DNA of 63,993 nucleotides, filler included, from Perkinsus olseni (Eukaryota): NCBI GenBank assembly GCA_013115125.1. It is 11 parts of 11 records of this genome, joined end to end, with 100 filler letters (N's around TTAATTAATTAA, not from the genome) between each part and the next. Parts side by side here need not be neighbours in the genome. Positions count along the whole stretch, not along the records: positions 47,648 to 53,442 come from JABANN010001162.1; positions 53,543 to 59,334 come from JABANN010001163.1; positions 59,435 to 63,993 come from JABANN010001259.1; 8 more parts are not named here. One strand, 5' to 3'. Shown piece by piece: positions 49,270 to 61,592 of this stretch (position 1 is its first letter; each line of letters starts with the position of its first letter). The notes under the pieces were generated by a model. It saw only the letters and a program-made list of their open reading frames with translations, ran no database searches and was not told where the DNA came from. The position numbers and the translations under genes were made by a program.

Positions 49270-50893
49270 TAAAGTGAAGAATCGACTGCTGACAGGAGTG
49301 ACTAGTTCTGCTGGCAATCGGTGCTGATGCTGATTTGCAAGATCTCGCTATATGAACAAGTTGATTGTCAGAAAACAGCAACCTACACGCGGTTGGGAAG
49401 AGCGTATGGGAGAGCCAACGAAGGAAGGCGAGGCGGGGGAATGGCCCACTCCGAATGGGTGTGCGGTGACACCCCTAGGCCAGGGGCCCTGGCGTCACGC
49501 CACCCGACGTGGACAGCCTCGAGGCCAGAGCTATTCGAGCGTGCGCGGCGCACGGTGAGCCAATCGTCCGCCTGCAGGGATAGTAACCTCCTTGAAGTTC
49601 AAGGCTTGAACGTAGCTCGAGACGCGGCAAGTTGCAGTGAGTCACTGCTACTCACTGTTAGGAGTCCTCGATCGCTGTCCTAGCCCGGAACGGCCTTGAG
49701 GAGATGGAGCTTGTGTAAAGCACCACCTGGTTGAACCAGACGCTCGAGAAAGCGAAGAGAGATGCATCCTTCAATACTTCTCTCGAGCAATCATCTGGCG
49801 CCACCAACCTGTGGTGGCGCCATAGTCACTATGGTGTTCTGCGCTGTCTACATTACACAATCAAGCTGTGCTAATGCTAGCTTAGCATCATCAACCCATT
49901 ATCTCAACTATTCTACGCTCTATCTGCCCTACAGATAGTGCTGTTCTCACAATCAGCACCATCACCAATCGTTTAGACTAAACGATTGGTGATGGTGCTG
50001 ATTGGCGTAGCCGAACTAAACGGTTTAGTTATCCATGGTTTCAACTGTTGATTCCCCGAGGTAATATAATGACGTTGCGTTGGTTCTTCGCTACTCCTGA
50101 ACATTTGGCAAATGGGTGTGGAAGCTTGGCTGAGCAGTTCCACCAAAACCACCTCGTGTGCAGCCGCTGAGATTTGGCGAGAGTAGCGATCAGCTGCTAA
50201 CGAACGGAAGATCAACGCCACCAGCAGCTTGAGCGGCATCGCATCGTTGGGCAATTCATGGAACCAACAGCACGGTTCAGAACTGTTCTTCAATGGCGGC
50301 CTGCTTATAGAACGAGCCGCTCCTGCTCGTGAGCTACTTCGAAAGTAGCGAACCCAGAGTAGAAAAGCAGCTGATCGCATCATAAAGATAACCCGAGAGT
50401 TGCAGCGTGGCATTGGAGACGCGACAGCGACAGTTGCTGGTGTTGTACAGAGCTGGGGAGAGACGCGCATATTAACCGTCTCTGAGCATCGGTCAAGTAA
50501 TACCGCTTCGAGGAATCATCGACGAAGATGGGGCANNNNNNNNNNNNNNNNNNNNNNNNNNNNNNNNNNNNNNNNNNNNNNNNNNNNNNNNNNNNNNNNN
50601 NNNNNNNNNNNNNNNNNNNNNNNNNNNNNNNNNNGCCCGACAGTCCACCTGGGATTTGCCAACCTGACCATCGCACATTCAACGGTCGTGAGTTAATACC
50701 CCGCGTTGTGGAGTCCGCAAAGTCTTCGAGTATCAAACAAGGCCTTCCTTGCGCTTGACTGTGAGTCCTGAACCGGGAGAAATTTTATCAGGCAAAAGAT
50801 ACCGACCGCACCTCCACCCGTGAACCCAATCTAGGAATACTCGACAGCTGTACTTCAAAGCTTATTCGTCGACAATGCTTAGAATTTAGGTCC

Positions 50894-50944
50894 AAAAAGA
50901 ATTATCGGCGATAATTCTTTTTGAAATTATCGATAATTTATCGG
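50894..50944. repeat. AT-rich palindromes
   Basis: AAAAAGAATTATCG-G-CGATAATTCTTTTT, then AAATTATCGATAATTT. Confidence 0.75.
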
Positions 50945-51740
50945 AATTCATTCCAATGTGGCAAAAAAACCAACATCGCAGTGATAATGATAATGATGAT
51001 ACTTCGCTCCGGTTGATGCCCGCCATTTCGCCTCGCCTTGACCGTTTCGTGTATCTTTGTGACGGTCTGGTGACCAGAGTCGGTCCCAAAGTCTCAGTGG
51101 TGCTGCTAAATATATCGCGTTAATGTGTATAACGTTATCTCATTATAGTAGTGACACTACTGATGCAGGTTTGTATTTGTTATTATTATTGCATTATCCA
51201 GTGTCCTTCCAGAATTGCGCACTCGTAGTGGCGAAGACGATGAGCGCGAACTCCTTACAGCAGGCCCACTCAGTCAGCCTATCAACAAAGCCGAAAGCAC
51301 GAACACTATGAAATGTTCAGTAGCAGCGAAATGATGCCAAGGACTTTCGTGAGTCTGGCAAGAAACCTACCGTAAGATGCCTCTTCGCGAATGAACTCAG
51401 ACTTCAACGAAGTCCTTGGAGAGCTGAAGAAACTTCAGCATTCCCGATAGTGATATTATCATAGCAGTATGCGCGGACGCCGTATAGCCACGACATGCGC
51501 CGGACGCCAATGAGCAACTTCGAACTCTACGCTAAGCTGCCGCATACAACGAACAGAACATCAAAGCATGGCCACGGGCGCGCATGTCACAGCATCGCCG
51601 GAGCGGGTTGGGATCGATAGACTATCGCTTCCAATCTAACACTAAGTGTCCTCAAACGGACACCTCAAGCAACATGAAATGGATAACATTGGAAGACGAG
51701 CCGAAGTTGAAGGCCATCTCTCCTCTATTGTAATGGCAGT

Positions 51741-53442
51741 TCAGTTAGGGTTGATTNNNNNNNNNNNNNNNNNNNNNNNNNNNNNNNNNNNNNNNNNNNN
51801 NNNNNNNNNNNNNNNNNNNNNNNNNNNNNNNNNNNNNNNNNNNNNNNNNNNGATTGGCGTCGCCGCGGCGGCTCGCTTGTACAGGCCACAGACGGCTTCG
51901 TGAAAGGAGTCGAAAGCATGTTCACCAGCAGGGATGTCCGGGCTCTCAGATTTATTGATAAGTAGCTTGGCGACCCTCAAGCATCTCTTCCCTCGTTCTT
52001 CCTCGTGGGCATCAGACCTCACCTCCTTTAACGGATCGAGAAACGTCACTTTCTCAACGCCAAGGTTACTATGGAGATTGCGTGGGCCGCGGAAGGATGT
52101 CAAGATGGTGTCCAGATCCATGGACGACGGATACTTGATGGCGGTAATATTCGGCCAGTAGTACCTAGACACTCAAAGAGATTCAACAATAGCTCTACGA
52201 GGCGGCCGGGCCTTCCTCACCCTTCGTATAACACGCCCGGACACCGCAAGTGCATGGCACGTATTCCATTTTTGCTCAAGTGGAAGGAGAAAGTTCGCCT
52301 GTCATTGGTGTCCGTTGGCTTGAAGCCACACATGATATTTGGCAAATCATACATCTCTATTATCTTGCACGAGCCCTGAAAATAATGAATTCTGGACTGA
52401 GACAATACAGGAATGCCATTCCCGGCGAGTTTCTAGTCGAGGCGGTGTCGCCCCCCGAGTTCAACAGCCTTGGATCCTTGGCCCTGGTGGTCAGACTTGC
52501 AGAGTCCATTTCCGCTAAGTCAGGGCATCAACGCCCTGCGCGAGCAGTCACACGTCAATCGGAAGCTCACCTTGTAAATGTTCTGGAGGGTCTTTTTAGC
52601 ACTGGCGAGTCTTCCCAGAGTGTGAGTCACCTCCATCAATGCAATAAGGGCCGCGACTGCAGAGCTACTACGCATGTTGAATGCGAGTGGAAAACGCTGA
52701 GAGCTACTCAGGAGACTTAGTCTACGACTTACAGAGTCCGGAACTGGAATCGAATGGCCGATCCACAACCGACACGAGATACGGGTGGGCGAGTGGAAGC
52801 GCCTTCAAAATGCAGCGGGAGGCCTAAGGGCTCGTGTCTGGTGCGCAATTGCGTCACCATGCTGAAGAAGGACCCACTCTCATTGAGGGTCTCATTGTCC
52901 AACACGAGGTGATAGAAGATGGTAAAGTATGATAGATAAGCAAGTGATGAATGGTGGACGATACCTCGGACGAGCGTGGAATGCGCGGCATGTAATCAAC
53001 GTTCCGTCTCGTCTCTATTCACCAGCGCACGCCCAGTCTGCCGCATGTCCCACTGTCCTCAGCAGAATGAGCTAGGAATCATGGTGAGTCACCACGCGAG
53101 ACTCATGAAGAGTCTCGACTTGGACCATGCCGGACTCATAGAGAATACGGCTTCAGACGCCGTACTCTCTCAGCGTATGGCATCGGGATGCGACTAATGC
53201 AGGATGCCACTGTTGCATTGTAACATCAAGGAAGGCTTCATTTGGATGATGGCAGAGCTCCCATCGGAGACGGACACAACATCCCCTGCTTGGTGGGCGG
53301 GATCAAGCGGTAAGTTCTACAGCAGCATACAGCATTGTGGCAGAGAGACAGTAATATCGCTCGCTGAGTGAGCTCTGCGGGATAAGGCCGTGATTCATGG
53401 CCCGTGCGACATCCGACGCTGATGGAGGCTCGCGAGGCATGG
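51741..53442 (-). CDS. Multi-exon hypothetical protein (lineage-specific); boundaries approximate
   Basis: Exon-like ORFs 51741-52172, 52217-52405 and 52520-52768 with GT-AG boundaries. No motif recognised. Confidence 0.4.
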
Positions 53443-54270
53443 NNNNNNNNNNNNNNNNNNNNNNNNNNNNNNNNNNNNNNNNNNNNTTAATTAATTAANN
53501 NNNNNNNNNNNNNNNNNNNNNNNNNNNNNNNNNNNNNNNNNNAATAACATGTATGAGCAGGCCAAGTCAGGAAACACTACAGCTCGGCCATCGTGAGTGA
53601 AGATCGGAACTCTCAGCGCGTCTATCAACGCCACTTAATTCATAGGATTCAATTGGTAATGTCGGTTGAAGACGGACTATTGAGTGTATAGTCCGCAAAT
53701 TTTCCTTTTTGGGTACAGCACGAAACGTTTAATCATCACGCATAGCCACTCTCCATCTCCTTGCAGTCGATAATTCACTAACGAACTATGAGCCGCACTT
53801 ATGCTAAACTGGCCCACGGATCTTTCTAATCTATCTCTCTGCTCTACATTTCAAAACTCGAATACATGGTCATCCCCAGTTTCATCGGTGGAATTGTGCC
53901 ATTGTGCAAAAACCAGCGGCACAACCCCCAACCCGTGCCGCACAAGCACGCCAACCACCCGACTTACAATCAGTTTTATCTCATAACTAGTTTACCTCTG
54001 TCGATCACGCATCAAAGCATCCACAAAATACGTTCTTCTCGGCCCTCCGTTTCGCCATGGAGCGTAGAAATGAGGGAAAGAAAACTAGGATATCAACGCG
54101 AATGGAACTCCCTCAACACGACAACACAGTATATCGGAAATCTGAAGCATTACCACCTTTGAATACATGCCCAGTTTAACATGTCCCGAGGGAGACAGCC
54201 GAGACAGTCGACAAGGTGTTTCAATGATAAGCTACTAGCCGCTCGATGGCAATAATACAACAAGTCGTGA

Positions 54271-57200
54271 ATGGACGCACACCTCCGAATCGGTGGCTAT
54301 GACCCACTCCTAGTTACATCATTCTTCAGTTTTAATTCTCAACGAATGATGGAAGCATCTCATATTCATAACCTGCATGTCGACTACACCATCGGCAACG
54401 AATGCGGCCTGTGTGGGACACACACCGCAGAGGCTATGGTCATGTGCTGCCGATGCTTCATGTGGTTTCACTATGGCTGCTGCGATTTCCAAGATGAAGG
54501 TGGAGAGTGGTTTTGCTTCACCTGTCGTGCCAAACGTGCACGCAGGCAGGACTGGCCGTCCGATCACAGCGCAGCTCGAAGAGTTGCACTGCCTGTCATC
54601 AAGTTCATCCGCGACACTGGCCTCAAATTCATGGACGACCAGCACGAGCTCTCCCGAGCAGTTGTGAAAGCTGTTGACAAGCTCAACCGTCGACGGTCTA
54701 TAGTGCAAGACAGCAAGAACATCTGGATCTCTGGGGGGCGCCAAGACACTTGTACTGACATGCTCCTCGCCTTGCACATATCTGGGTCCCTGAGCAAAGA
54801 AGGGAAATTGGTCTATCTATTCGAGTATCCCGCGTATGCGACTGCGAGTGTCACCTCCATCGCCGACGAGATGAGGAAGTCCTTTACTCTGTATATGCGC
54901 ATAAAACTGGGGCGAATTCTGAAGCGGGGCCTTCACATTGCGAAGTTATCATGCATGCTAACTAACCAGGACCTTACAGCACATTCAACGGTTTCTGAGT
55001 TTCGCAGGGCAGAAGAGGTGAAGAACCGTGTGAACGAGTTCATCTACTCGCAGGGTATACGTTTATCTGGGCGAACTTGGGACTCACACGAGCTCTGGGA
55101 AACTCTGAAGGCTCCCCTTACCGATTTCATTAATGACGGTGATCGCCAGGTCCTTCTGCCAGCACTGGAGGTTGGGCTTGCTGGTGCGCACTCAACCGTG
55201 GACCTGTCGAAAGCTGAAGAAGCTTTGTACCCTACTTGTGTTCTGGCAATCTCCATGAAGGACACTGCTACAGCTGAGAAGTCACTCACTATCAACACCG
55301 TCGAATACCGAGCTGTGCGCGGATTGCAGGTGGTACCGATAGATGGGCAGTTAGAAGTCGATTCTGCTGAATTCCCACACGGTGAAGATACCTGGAGAGG
55401 GCCACTAATCGTTGCGTACGAGCGCCGCCCCCACCAATACCGACAGTGCCGTGTCTGCCTAAATGAGTGCGCTCCAGCAGACTTTGAGATTTCCATTTGC
55501 GGAACATGTAACAATTGCACATGCCGGTCCTGTATGTTCACACATGCCGCAGTCCGAGTGTCTCAAGGAGCTTCCATCAGATGCTGCCAGTGTAACGTAG
55601 ACGCCGACTTGGCTCAAGCATCTGTCGCCAACCTGCTCAGAGAGGTTACAGCATTCATACAAGTGTTGCGTAGACTGAACCCAGGTGACCTACCGACTGT
55701 TCAGAATCTCGATGCTGAGGAGATAGTGCTGCCACCCGGCACACATGGAGTGTCGAAGAGCAGTGCACATGGGATCCTCATGGATATTCTTGGGCGCGAT
55801 GACGATTACCTCTCGACCAGGACGCGAGTTCTTCTAATCCGGGCAGACCTGAACCTCCCAGCGGATATGCCAGATGCTGAAGTCTTACGCAGAGGAGAAG
55901 AAGAAACTGCTCGCCGTCTTGCCGCTCACAATGGTCCTCCTGCCGCTAACCTCAATGGTAATCATCATCATCAGCCAGCTCCTGCTGCTGCTGNNNNNNN
56001 NNNNNNNNNNNNNNNNNNNNNNNNNNNNNNNNNNNNNNNNNNNNNNNNNNNNNNNNNNNNNNNNNNNNNNNNNNNNNNNNNNNNNNNNNNCTCTCAATGG
56101 TAATCATCATCATCAGCCAGCTCCTGCTGCTGCTGCTCCTCCCGCGCCTGCGGCTGCTGGGGCCCCAAACAATAACGGCGGCAACCGGGCAAGAAACCAG
56201 CAACCGCACGACATCAGCTCACATGCGGAGCGACTCCAACTCGTACTGTCGACAACCACTCGGTCTAACCTGTCGTTCTGGTATAACGGCCGCCAGTACG
56301 GATTCGTTCGTGCCGGTGTAACAGCCGATAGATACCGATGTCTTAACGGTCTCAGACGTTCAAGATGCAGTGCTTCAATCAGCTTATCTCACGACGGCGT
56401 AAACTGCAGGATACCGCTGGAAGCGGATCATGTCGACGGTTGTCTTCCGACGCCTCAACAACAGGAGCTAGAGCTAGCCGCCAGACGAGCAAGGCAGCAG
56501 TTCGATGCAGGCGCGAATCCGAATGTGAGGGCTATCCTGAATGAAGGAGAGAACATGTAAGTAGTTAAGGCATTTCCATCGAGATTTCTCACCATTGCTT
56601 CACAGGTATACAACAATACGGGATGAAGACAGGCTCCGCAATAGGCTTTATCATTGGCGCCAGAACTCGAATCGGCCAATACCAAGTGGCCCGGAAGACT
56701 CCGCACAGTTCCGCCGGCAGACCCATGAGAACATAACGAATCTTGGGCAAACTACGAGACCTAACGGTGAGGGCGAGCAGTTCCTAAGGTTCAATGAGAT
56801 CGACGAACATATGGCTATTTGGGCTAGTACCGAGTGTTTGATGAGCCTAGAAGCGGCGGATATGTTATTTATAGATGGAACTTACAAAATAACTCCACCT
56901 GGTTTCTATCAGACTTTAACGATCACTGGCCATATTGGTACTCAATTTATCCCGCTCGCCTGGGCTCTCCTACCCAACGCCACGGAGGCCACTTACCGGA
57001 TGGCGCTGCGAGAGCTCCGCACAGCTGTTACCCAACTTACAGGCCACTGCAACGTTGCTAGTGTTATGGCGGATTTTGAAACCGCTCTCCGCAATGGGAT
57101 CACCTCTGTCTTCGGGTTGGAAGCACCACTCCTGAGAGGATGCATTTTCCACGCTCACAGAGCATGGTATAGGCACCTCATCGATCTGGGTCTTGGCCCT

Positions 57201-58519
57201 GCTTACCGAGAGAGCCTTCCACGCGGCCAGCCACACTCCTACCTGAACACTTGGCTACACAGTGTGTTTGGTCTGAGTTGCTTACGACCAGATGAAGTAT
57301 CGGCTGCCTGGGATGCTCTTGTTGCACGTATACCTAACGACGATCGTGTTCAAACATTCCGTCTATACATGGAGCGCAACTGGGTTCGCAATGGTAAGCT
57401 TTCGATCTATTACGGAATTCAAACGCATTTCACCAACCGCCACGGAATATAAGCACTCAATGTTGAGCACTGTACTGTAGGAGATGTCTCGATATTTCAG
57501 CATAGTGCACAGCACCAACCAAAATTTAATTAATAAGAATAAGGGTGAAATGTAATTACTAAAAATAAACATGAAATCTCATTACTAAAAATGAACGTGA
57601 AATCTAATTATTAAGAATGAACACGAAATCTCATTACTGAAAATAAACGTGAAATCTAATCACTAAAAATCATTAAAACATGAAATTAGCATGAAATTAA
57701 CTGATGTTCAAGTTGCTGATAGAACCTTGGGATGATTCGTGATACTGGCTTGTAATTTTTGAGTATTTCCTCATCTCAGTCTTGGGCAATAATTCATAAT
57801 CGATTCCAACAGTTTTTATCTTGTAAAGACTTTCAACAATTCTCAGAACTTTTCCCCCCTGATAACGTCTATTTACAAATGATATACTTGTTTTTTGTTG
57901 AAAATTATCAAAAAAAAATTTTTTNNNNNNNNNNNNNNNNNNNNNNNNNNNNNNNNNNNNNNNNNNNNNNNNNNNNNNNNNNNNNNNNNNNNNNNNNNNN
58001 NNNNNNNNNNNNNNNGGCGAAATTGATTGGAAATTCTTGTAAACAATCGAAGCATAGAAACTATAAGTTCGTGAAGCATTGTGCACGAATCCTTTCAGAC
58101 GATATCTATGATCGATAAATCGCGGATAAACACGGATTAAACACCCCTCCGTTTCAATACCTTTCCTCCTTTCAGATTCAACCTGGCCTCCTGTCCACTG
58201 GGCTGCTGAGGCCGGAGAACGTCATAGAACCAATAATGCAGCCGAGTCGCTTCACAGCTCGCTGAAGGACCATTTTATACGTGGGAGAGCCGAGAGACCT
58301 GGGAATATCAATTTATTCATCGAGCGCTTGCAGGAGTTCTATCAGTCAGTGCGGCGCAGATTACGGTCCACCGAAGAGCCGGTGAACGAAAGGTTCGCCG
58401 ACAGAGAAGCCCGACGAGTTGAATTGAGTGGAAGATATAGGAGAGGCGAGGTCAACCTTATCGAGTTTCTTGAAGAGGGTGGGCGAATAAACACTTTCCC
58501 TCGAAATATAATCGACTGA
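54271..58519 (+). CDS. PHD + RING-like + FLYWCH-like + MULE DDE transposase (exons ~54271-56556, 56606-57393, 58176-58519)
   Basis: PHD CGLC..CCRCFMWFHYGC..WFCFTC; RING-like CRVC..CGTC..CRSC..RCCQC; WYNGRQY..YRC..C..H; FIDGTYK, MADFETAL, GCIFH, YMERNW|WPP..RTNNAAESLH. Both GT-AG introns join in frame. Confidence 0.85.
57530..57670. repeat. 26-bp AT-rich tandem repeat inside transposase intron 2
   Basis: Unit ttactaaaaat(a/g)aac(a/g)tgaaatct(c/a)a, about 5 copies. Confidence 0.85.
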
Positions 58520-58930
58520 ATTTCTACTTGATGCTATTTAATGCCAATTGCAGTAATGTTTGCTGAGTAGCTACTTACTGGCTGCTAGATTCACATATTA
58601 ATGAGAACTCTCTGAGTAGCGTTGAGTTATCGAAGACACATTCAACAACACTACATCTCAGCATCGTCAAGGAAAAATAATACAACAACCTCCGCTTGAA
58701 TTGTTCGGGCCAGTACGGACCCTCCGACATGGCGACCATCCATCTTGTTCACAACCGTCGGCTCGAAATTGTAAAGTTGCGGGGCATGACTAACACAGAG
58801 CGCGAACCATACTGAGGAACAAGTAGGTACTCCGCAGAGTATGAATCACCCATGGCAACTATAATAATACTATAATAGTATCCACCAGAACAGAACCACA
58901 ACACTTCTGCAATGAACAAAGCTAATAGAC

Positions 58931-58979
58931 GGCGCTCGCCGCTGTGATCTATGCTTAATAGATCACGGCGGCGAGCGCT
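58931..58979. repeat. GC-rich hairpin (21-22 bp stem, 5-nt loop)
   Basis: GCGCTCGCCGCTGTGATCTAT-GCTTA-ATAGATCACGGCGGCGAGCGC. Confidence 0.85.
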
Positions 58980-59434
58980 AGCGGCCCGTTCTGCAATCCC
59001 CACAGATCAGTTGTCAGCCTTCGGGTAAATTGGATAATGGACAGCGGAGTTGGCCTAGTCGTGATCTGGACAGCAACCTGTCGAGTCTATTGCATTATAG
59101 ATTCTCGTCAACAGAAAATTGCCGAAAATATGTTGTAGCGTGAGAGAACCGCAAATTCGACAAGGGTCGTCGGACAACGTTGGCGTAATATGCCGCTGGA
59201 CAGCGTTGTCCAGCGGAATTTGTTGTCCATACGAGATATACGCATGCGTGGCATGAAGCACGCCAACGTTGTCAACATTAGCTGCGTTCGGAATTTGGAC
59301 AACGTTGACGATGTTGACGAAATTAGGAGCCCCGNNNNNNNNNNNNNNNNNNNNNNNNNNNNNNNNNNNNNNNNNNNNTTAATTAATTAANNNNNNNNNN
59401 NNNNNNNNNNNNNNNNNNNNNNNNNNNNNNNNNN

Positions 59435-60123
59435 ACCCTTGGATGTGGAACCCGGATTTGTCGCCGTGGACTTGGAACCCGGAAAGGCTTAGCACTTTAA
59501 TTGGCTCTTGGAGAGGCACCTTCGAGTCCTCATGCAGCTCAGGAATGGCGAGTAGCTCCATGTGCTTGCTGCTAGCGAAACCGTCGATTCCATACCACGG
59601 GGACCACGCCTTCTTACCATCAGGATAGACAACGTGGACCACAGACGCCAAAGACACACGGACTACGGGGGTCCCACTAAAATGCTGGTTACCAGGTGCT
59701 GGATTGTAGTGGAAGCCTATGCCAGCATAATCGAACCATAGGTGGGCCCAGCCACTAGTCTTCACATTCACCTCCGTCTCACCACTTGTACGGTTTTTCA
59801 CTAAATTGACCTGGATCATCATTTCACCCCAATGTCCAGCCTTGTTAGTTCTGATAACAATGCCACCGGTCTCTTGATAAACTCCATCCGGCTTCTGACC
59901 CTTCAGGCTGAAGATGCAGGAGAGAGGTAGCAGCTCGATCTTGTCCCCTTCCGCCGGGCCTGGGCCCTGATTGCAACCCTTGGGATAATCAACGACTGTT
60001 TTGAAAAGTTGGTCAGAACTCGCAGTCGGCATGTGGAAGATGCAGGCGAGCAAGAAGGCGCTGCAACGGACCCAGGTGACGCGAGAGGTACTGGAATAGG
60101 GTATGGTAGTCGGAGTCGCCATT
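59435..60123 (-). CDS. Orphan secreted/membrane protein, 3' partial
   Basis: Long ORF with hydrophobic N-terminal segment WVRCSAFLLACIFHMPTA, then beta-rich sequence. Confidence 0.6.
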
Positions 60124-60348
60124 AGAGAATGTGAGAACGACGCTGAGCAACGTAGTGGAAGGTTTTTCCGAGTGCCGCCTGGGATATACTTTCTGGCTAT
60201 ATTCAAGGGTATGGACAACGGAGCGGAGATGCGGGGATTCATTACACTAGAATGTCTTCAGTAGACAAAGACTCTGCTGTCTTGAGGATGAGTGGGCGAA
60301 AGTCAACCAATGTCGCAGTGCTGCAACAATACAGAGACGAGTGCCCTA

Positions 60349-60891
60349 TAACTCAGCACAGTGAGGCTGTTCAAGACCGGGCTCAGGGAGTGGCGAGACC
60401 GGACTCGTGGAGAGTTACTCGATAATGAGAGTCTAGCGCGCTATGTAGCCTAGCGTAAGTTCTAGCCTAGAACGCATACTTATGCACGCGATTGGGTTAT
60501 CTGAGATAGATACGCAGTAGATTGCAGCGATGGTAGCCCAACAGCTGGGTAGTACTGAACAGGGTCGCTGTCGCATACCGTGTAGTCGTCACGCACTACT
60601 GCACCATAACTCGGTACAGAGTGGCTATTCAAAACGGGGCTGAGAGAGCGGTAGAACCGGGCTCGAGTCTCGAGTCTCTCGAGAAGAGTTGCTCGATAAT
60701 GAGGGTCTATAGCGTGGTCTAGCTTAGCGTAACTTCTAGCTTAGAACGCTACTGATGCATCCGAGGGCAAGACGCGTGATATCGTCAGAGGCTATCTGAG
60801 ATTAACAATGCGCATAGGACTGGAGGTAATTGCAGCGATGATAGTTCAACAGCTGAGTTGTACTGAACCAGGTCGCAACTGCCGCATAGCG
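60349..60891. repeat. Diverged tandem duplication (~260 and ~285 bp)
   Basis: Collinear blocks ATAACTC, CTCGATAATGAG, TAGCGTAA.TTCTAGC.TAGAACGC, TATCTGAGAT, ATTGCAGCGATG, CAACAGCTG.G..GTACTGAAC in both copies. Confidence 0.8.
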
Positions 60892-61592
60892 TTTACTCGT
60901 CACTATGTTCTTACTATAGTACACGAGCGAGGGACGCGGATGCACTGTGGTGACATCATAGTGACAACTATAGTGTTCGCTGCCACTATGCACTACGCTA
61001 GTATACCACTATTGTACGCTATAACATAGGTACCACGAGCAAAGACGCACAAAGAGCAAGGTGGGTAGACAGTAGCAATGGAGCTAGTTGTCACTATAGT
61101 GCGTGGGAGCTCCTTCCCCATATCTCCTATCTGGCCAGAATTGCAAGTGCCCTAAGAAGAGAAAAGTCCTTTGTACGCGTACAGGCGATACGGCTCGAAC
61201 AGCATCGTGTAAAATGCGTTCCACACGTGCCACTACGCGTTGACACGCGTATCAGCTTCGTGGCGTATCTCGCATGCGTTGATACGCGAAGTGTACTTCC
61301 TACACTTTACTCCGCGTTTTTTGGCGTGATTACATTAGCTTAAAACTGTTTGACGCATGATTCAGATGTGTCTCCAATGTAGATTGTGTGGTTCCTACGC
61401 ATCGGCCATGATCGCCCTGCTCGTTGCCTCCGGCGGTTCACCTGTACTTCAGTCCGATTGTTCGCCACTGCATGAGTATCATCGTAAAGATTATGACTGT
61501 GTGAGTACAGCAATGAAAACAGTGCGATCGTGGAGCCTGTGTGAGGACACACAGACGCTAGACTAGCATTTGACTCTATCTCGAGACTAACT

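Larger units (their letters stand above)
53543..59334 (+). mobile_element. Mutator-like (MULE/Phantom-type) DNA transposon, left end missing
   Basis: MULE transposase gene plus a repeat-structured right terminus ending GGAGCCCCG at the contig end. Confidence 0.75.

Noticed and set aside
55595-55618. CTTGGCTCAAG resembling the 3' end of the dinozoan spliced leader
   Set aside because: Only an 11-nt match inside a long coding frame; no full SL or SL-RNA structure.
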